From Gemmatimonadota bacterium (GTDB lineage Bacteria > Gemmatimonadota > Gemmatimonadetes > Longimicrobiales > Gaopeijiaceae): DNA of 64,000 nt. A model generated the notes under the pieces. It ran no database searches. It was not told where the DNA came from and worked only from the letters and a program-made list of their open reading frames with translations. Below, piece after piece: positions 61,617 to 64,000 of the stretch. The stretch is taken from NCBI GenBank assembly GCA_034521595.1, contig JAXHMG010000003.1, positions 2,016,001-2,080,000 of the forward strand, given 5' to 3'. A program made the translations under genes and the position numbers. How positions within the stretch are numbered: position 1 is the first letter of the stretch; every line of letters begins with the position of its first letter.

Positions 61617-63375
61617 GCTGCGCACCCTCCTCCCCTACTTCCGTCCCTACCGGAGGGGGTTCGTCCTCGGCCTGGTGTGCGTCGTCTTCGCCAACGGCTT
61701 CCAGGTGGCGGGGCCGTGGCTGCTCAAGCTGGCCATCGACGGGATCGGCGACCCCGAGGTCACGCGGGCGCGCATCACCGGGCTGGCGGGGCTCATCGTC
61801 CTGGTCGCGCTGATCGGCGGGGCGTTCCGTTACGGCATGCGCGAGCTGCTGAACGGCATCAGCCGGCGCATGGAGGCGGACCTCCGCAACGACTTCTTCG
61901 GGCACCTGCTCCGACTCGATCCGTCCTTCTACGGCCGGACACGCACCGGAGATCTGATGAGCCGGGCCACGAACGACACGCTGGCCGTCCGCATGGCCGT
62001 GGGACCCGCCGTGATGTACACGGTCAACACCGTGGTGACCTTCACGCTCACCCTCGGCCTCATGATCTGGATGAGCCCGCGCCTCACCCTGTACGCGGTG
62101 CTTCCTCTCCTCGCGCTCCCGCCGATCATGATCCGGTTCGGCAAGATCATCCATGAACGGTTCGAGCGCATCCAGGAGCAGTTCTCCTCGATGTCGACCT
62201 TCGTGCAGGAAAACCTCACGGGGGTGCGCATCGTGCGGGCCTACGGCCAGGAAGCGGAGCAGGCCCGTCGCTTCGACGCGTTCAACGAGCGCTACCGACA
62301 ACGAAACATGGCCCTCATCGTGTCGACCGGCGCCTTCCGGCCCCTCCTCATGTTCATCTCGGGACTCTCCATGGTCGTCGTCACCTGGCTCGGGGGCCTC
62401 CAGGTCATCGCCGGCACCATCACCGTGGGCACGTTCGTCGCATTCACGTTCTACCTCACGCTCCTCGTCTGGCCGATGATCGCGCTCGGCTGGGTGGTGA
62501 ACCTCTACCAGCGCGGCGCCGCCTCCATGGGGCGCATCAACCGGATCCTGCGCACCGAGCCGGAGATCACGGCACCCCCGCAGCCGCGCCGACTCTCCGA
62601 TCCGCGGGGCGAGATCCGCTTCGAAGGAGTCTCGTTCGCGTATCCCGGTACCGACCGGGTCGTGCTCCGGGACATCGAGTTCACGGCGCGGGCCGGCGCG
62701 ACCGTGGCCCTCGTGGGTCCGACCGGAGCCGGCAAGAGCACCCTGGTCTCATTGCTCCCCCGTCTCTACGACCCGACCGAAGGCCGCATTCTGTTCGACG
62801 GGATCCCCCTGCCCGAGCTCGATCCGGCCGAGCTGAGGGCGCACCTCGCGATGGTTCCGCAGGATGCCTTCCTCTTCTCCGATTCGATCGCCGCGAACAT
62901 CGGGCTGGGTCATCGGGAGGAGCCGGATCGGGGATCCGTCGAAGCGGCGGCGCGCATCGCCCAGCTCGACGATCAGGTCCGGGAGCTTCCGCACGGCTAC
63001 GACACGCTCCTGGGAGAACGGGGCATCAACCTCTCCGGCGGACAGAAGCAGCGGGCCACGCTCGCCCGGGCGCTGGCGCGCGAGCCGACCGTGCTCGTCC
63101 TCGACGACGCCCTGAGCGCCGTGGACACGCAAACGGAAGCCCGCATCCTCGACGACCTGCGCTCGATCACCTCGAGCCGAACCACCTTCATCATCAGCCA
63201 CCGGGTGTCGGCCGTCATGCATGCGGACCTGATCCTGGTGCTCGAGGCAGGACGCATCGTCCAACGGGGACGTCACACCGACCTCATCGCCGAAGGCGGC
63301 ACCTATGCGAGGCTGCTGGAGCGTCAGCTCCTCGAGGAGGATCTGGAATCGGGCGTGGCGGGAGCGCGCCGGTGA
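61609..63375 (+). CDS. ABC exporter, fused TMD-NBD (MdlA-like)
   Basis: GDLMSRATND, GPTGAGKS, LSGGQKQR, LVLDDALSAVD, SHR. Confidence 0.93.
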   Translation: MGELRTLLPYFRPYRRGFVLGLVCVVFANGFQVAGPWLLKLAIDGIGDPEVTRARITGLAGLIVLVALIGGAFRYGMRELLNGISRRMEADLRNDFFGHLLRLDPSFYGRTRTGDLMSRATNDTLAVRMAVGPAVMYTVNTVVTFTLTLGLMIWMSPRLTLYAVLPLLALPPIMIRFGKIIHERFERIQEQFSSMSTFVQENLTGVRIVRAYGQEAEQARRFDAFNERYRQRNMALIVSTGAFRPLLMFISGLSMVVVTWLGGLQVIAGTITVGTFVAFTFYLTLLVWPMIALGWVVNLYQRGAASMGRINRILRTEPEITAPPQPRRLSDPRGEIRFEGVSFAYPGTDRVVLRDIEFTARAGATVALVGPTGAGKSTLVSLLPRLYDPTEGRILFDGIPLPELDPAELRAHLAMVPQDAFLFSDSIAANIGLGHREEPDRGSVEAAARIAQLDDQVRELPHGYDTLLGERGINLSGGQKQRATLARALAREPTVLVLDDALSAVDTQTEARILDDLRSITSSRTTFIISHRVSAVMHADLILVLEAGRIVQRGRHTDLIAEGGTYARLLERQLLEEDLESGVAGARR

Positions 63376-63423
63376 CCGACGGGCGCGCTCACGGGCGCGC
63401 CGCCTGCTTCAGCTCCGTTCGAC

Positions 63424-64000
63424 TCAGATCCGCTCGAGGATGAAGCTGGGGGTAAACCGCGTCAGGTATCCGCTCAACACCGTGAACTGCCCCGTCAGCA
63501 ACAGAACGCCGAACACGATGAGGAGCACGCCGGCCCCCTTCTCCACCGCCGGGATCCACCGGCGGAATCGCTGGAACGTCTGCAAGAACTGATCGAGCGC
63601 GAGAGAGGCGAGGAGAAACGGCACCGCCAGCCCCAACGAGTAGACGCTGAGCAATCCGACGCCGGCCCACATCGTGTCCTGGGTGAAGCCGTAGGTGAGG
63701 ATCGCCCCGAGGATCGGCCCGATGCACGGTGTCCACCCGGCTCCGAACGCCATGCCCACGCCGAACGTTCCGAAGTATCCCGCCGGCTTGTCGTTGAGGT
63801 GCATCCGCCGCTCGCGCATGAGGGGCGCGATGCGGAGGATCCCCGCCATATGGAGCCCCAGAAGGATGATGATGACCCCACCGATCCGCGCGATCCAAAG
63901 CTCGTACTGTCGGAAGAACTGGCCGAGGAACGACGCCGACGCACCGAGCAGGACGAAGATGAGGCTGAAGCCGAAGACGAAGAGGACCGAGTGCACGAAG
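63424..64000 (-). CDS. ccdA: Cytochrome c biogenesis protein CcdA (5' end outside the window)
   Basis: GMAFGAGWTPCIGPILGAIL, YSLGLAVPF. Confidence 0.9.
   Translation of the reverse strand, partial: FVHSVLFVFGFSLIFVLLGASASFLGQFFRQYELWIARIGGVIIILLGLHMAGILRIAPLMRERRMHLNDKPAGYFGTFGVGMAFGAGWTPCIGPILGAILTYGFTQDTMWAGVGLLSVYSLGLAVPFLLASLALDQFLQTFQRFRRWIPAVEKGAGVLLIVFGVLLLTGQFTVLSGYLTRFTPSFILERI

Overview
High-GC bacterial chromosome segment, probably Gemmatimonadota (Longimicrobiales-like); this assignment is inferred from gene order and protein style. Bases 1-24.2 kb are the core translation/transcription cluster on the minus strand. In transcription order it runs tRNA-Thr/Tyr/Gly/Thr, tuf, rpmG, secE, nusG, rplKAJL, rpoBC, an inserted and frameshifted S9 peptidase, rpsL, rpsG, fusA, a second tuf, rpsJ and rplCDW. 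The rest is housekeeping and accessory genes: a glycine-betaine de novo synthesis module (GSMT, SDMT, adenosine kinase), cysS, pyrF (frameshifted) and pyrD, an amidase, smpB, pgi, pyk, rnd, dksA, rocD, a nitrilase, a SusC/SusD pair, class II RNR nrdJ with tandem NrdR boxes, a peptidase/propeller/Omp85-like protein, murQ, an ABC exporter and ccdA. The most unusual signal is non-coding: both tuf copies are followed by ~535-bp highly structured spacers that share two palindromic modules, one with 26-28 bp perfect terminal inverted repeats. Related hairpins with a GCNTCGCTC motif occur elsewhere. No transposase, integrase, CRISPR array or rRNA was recognised.
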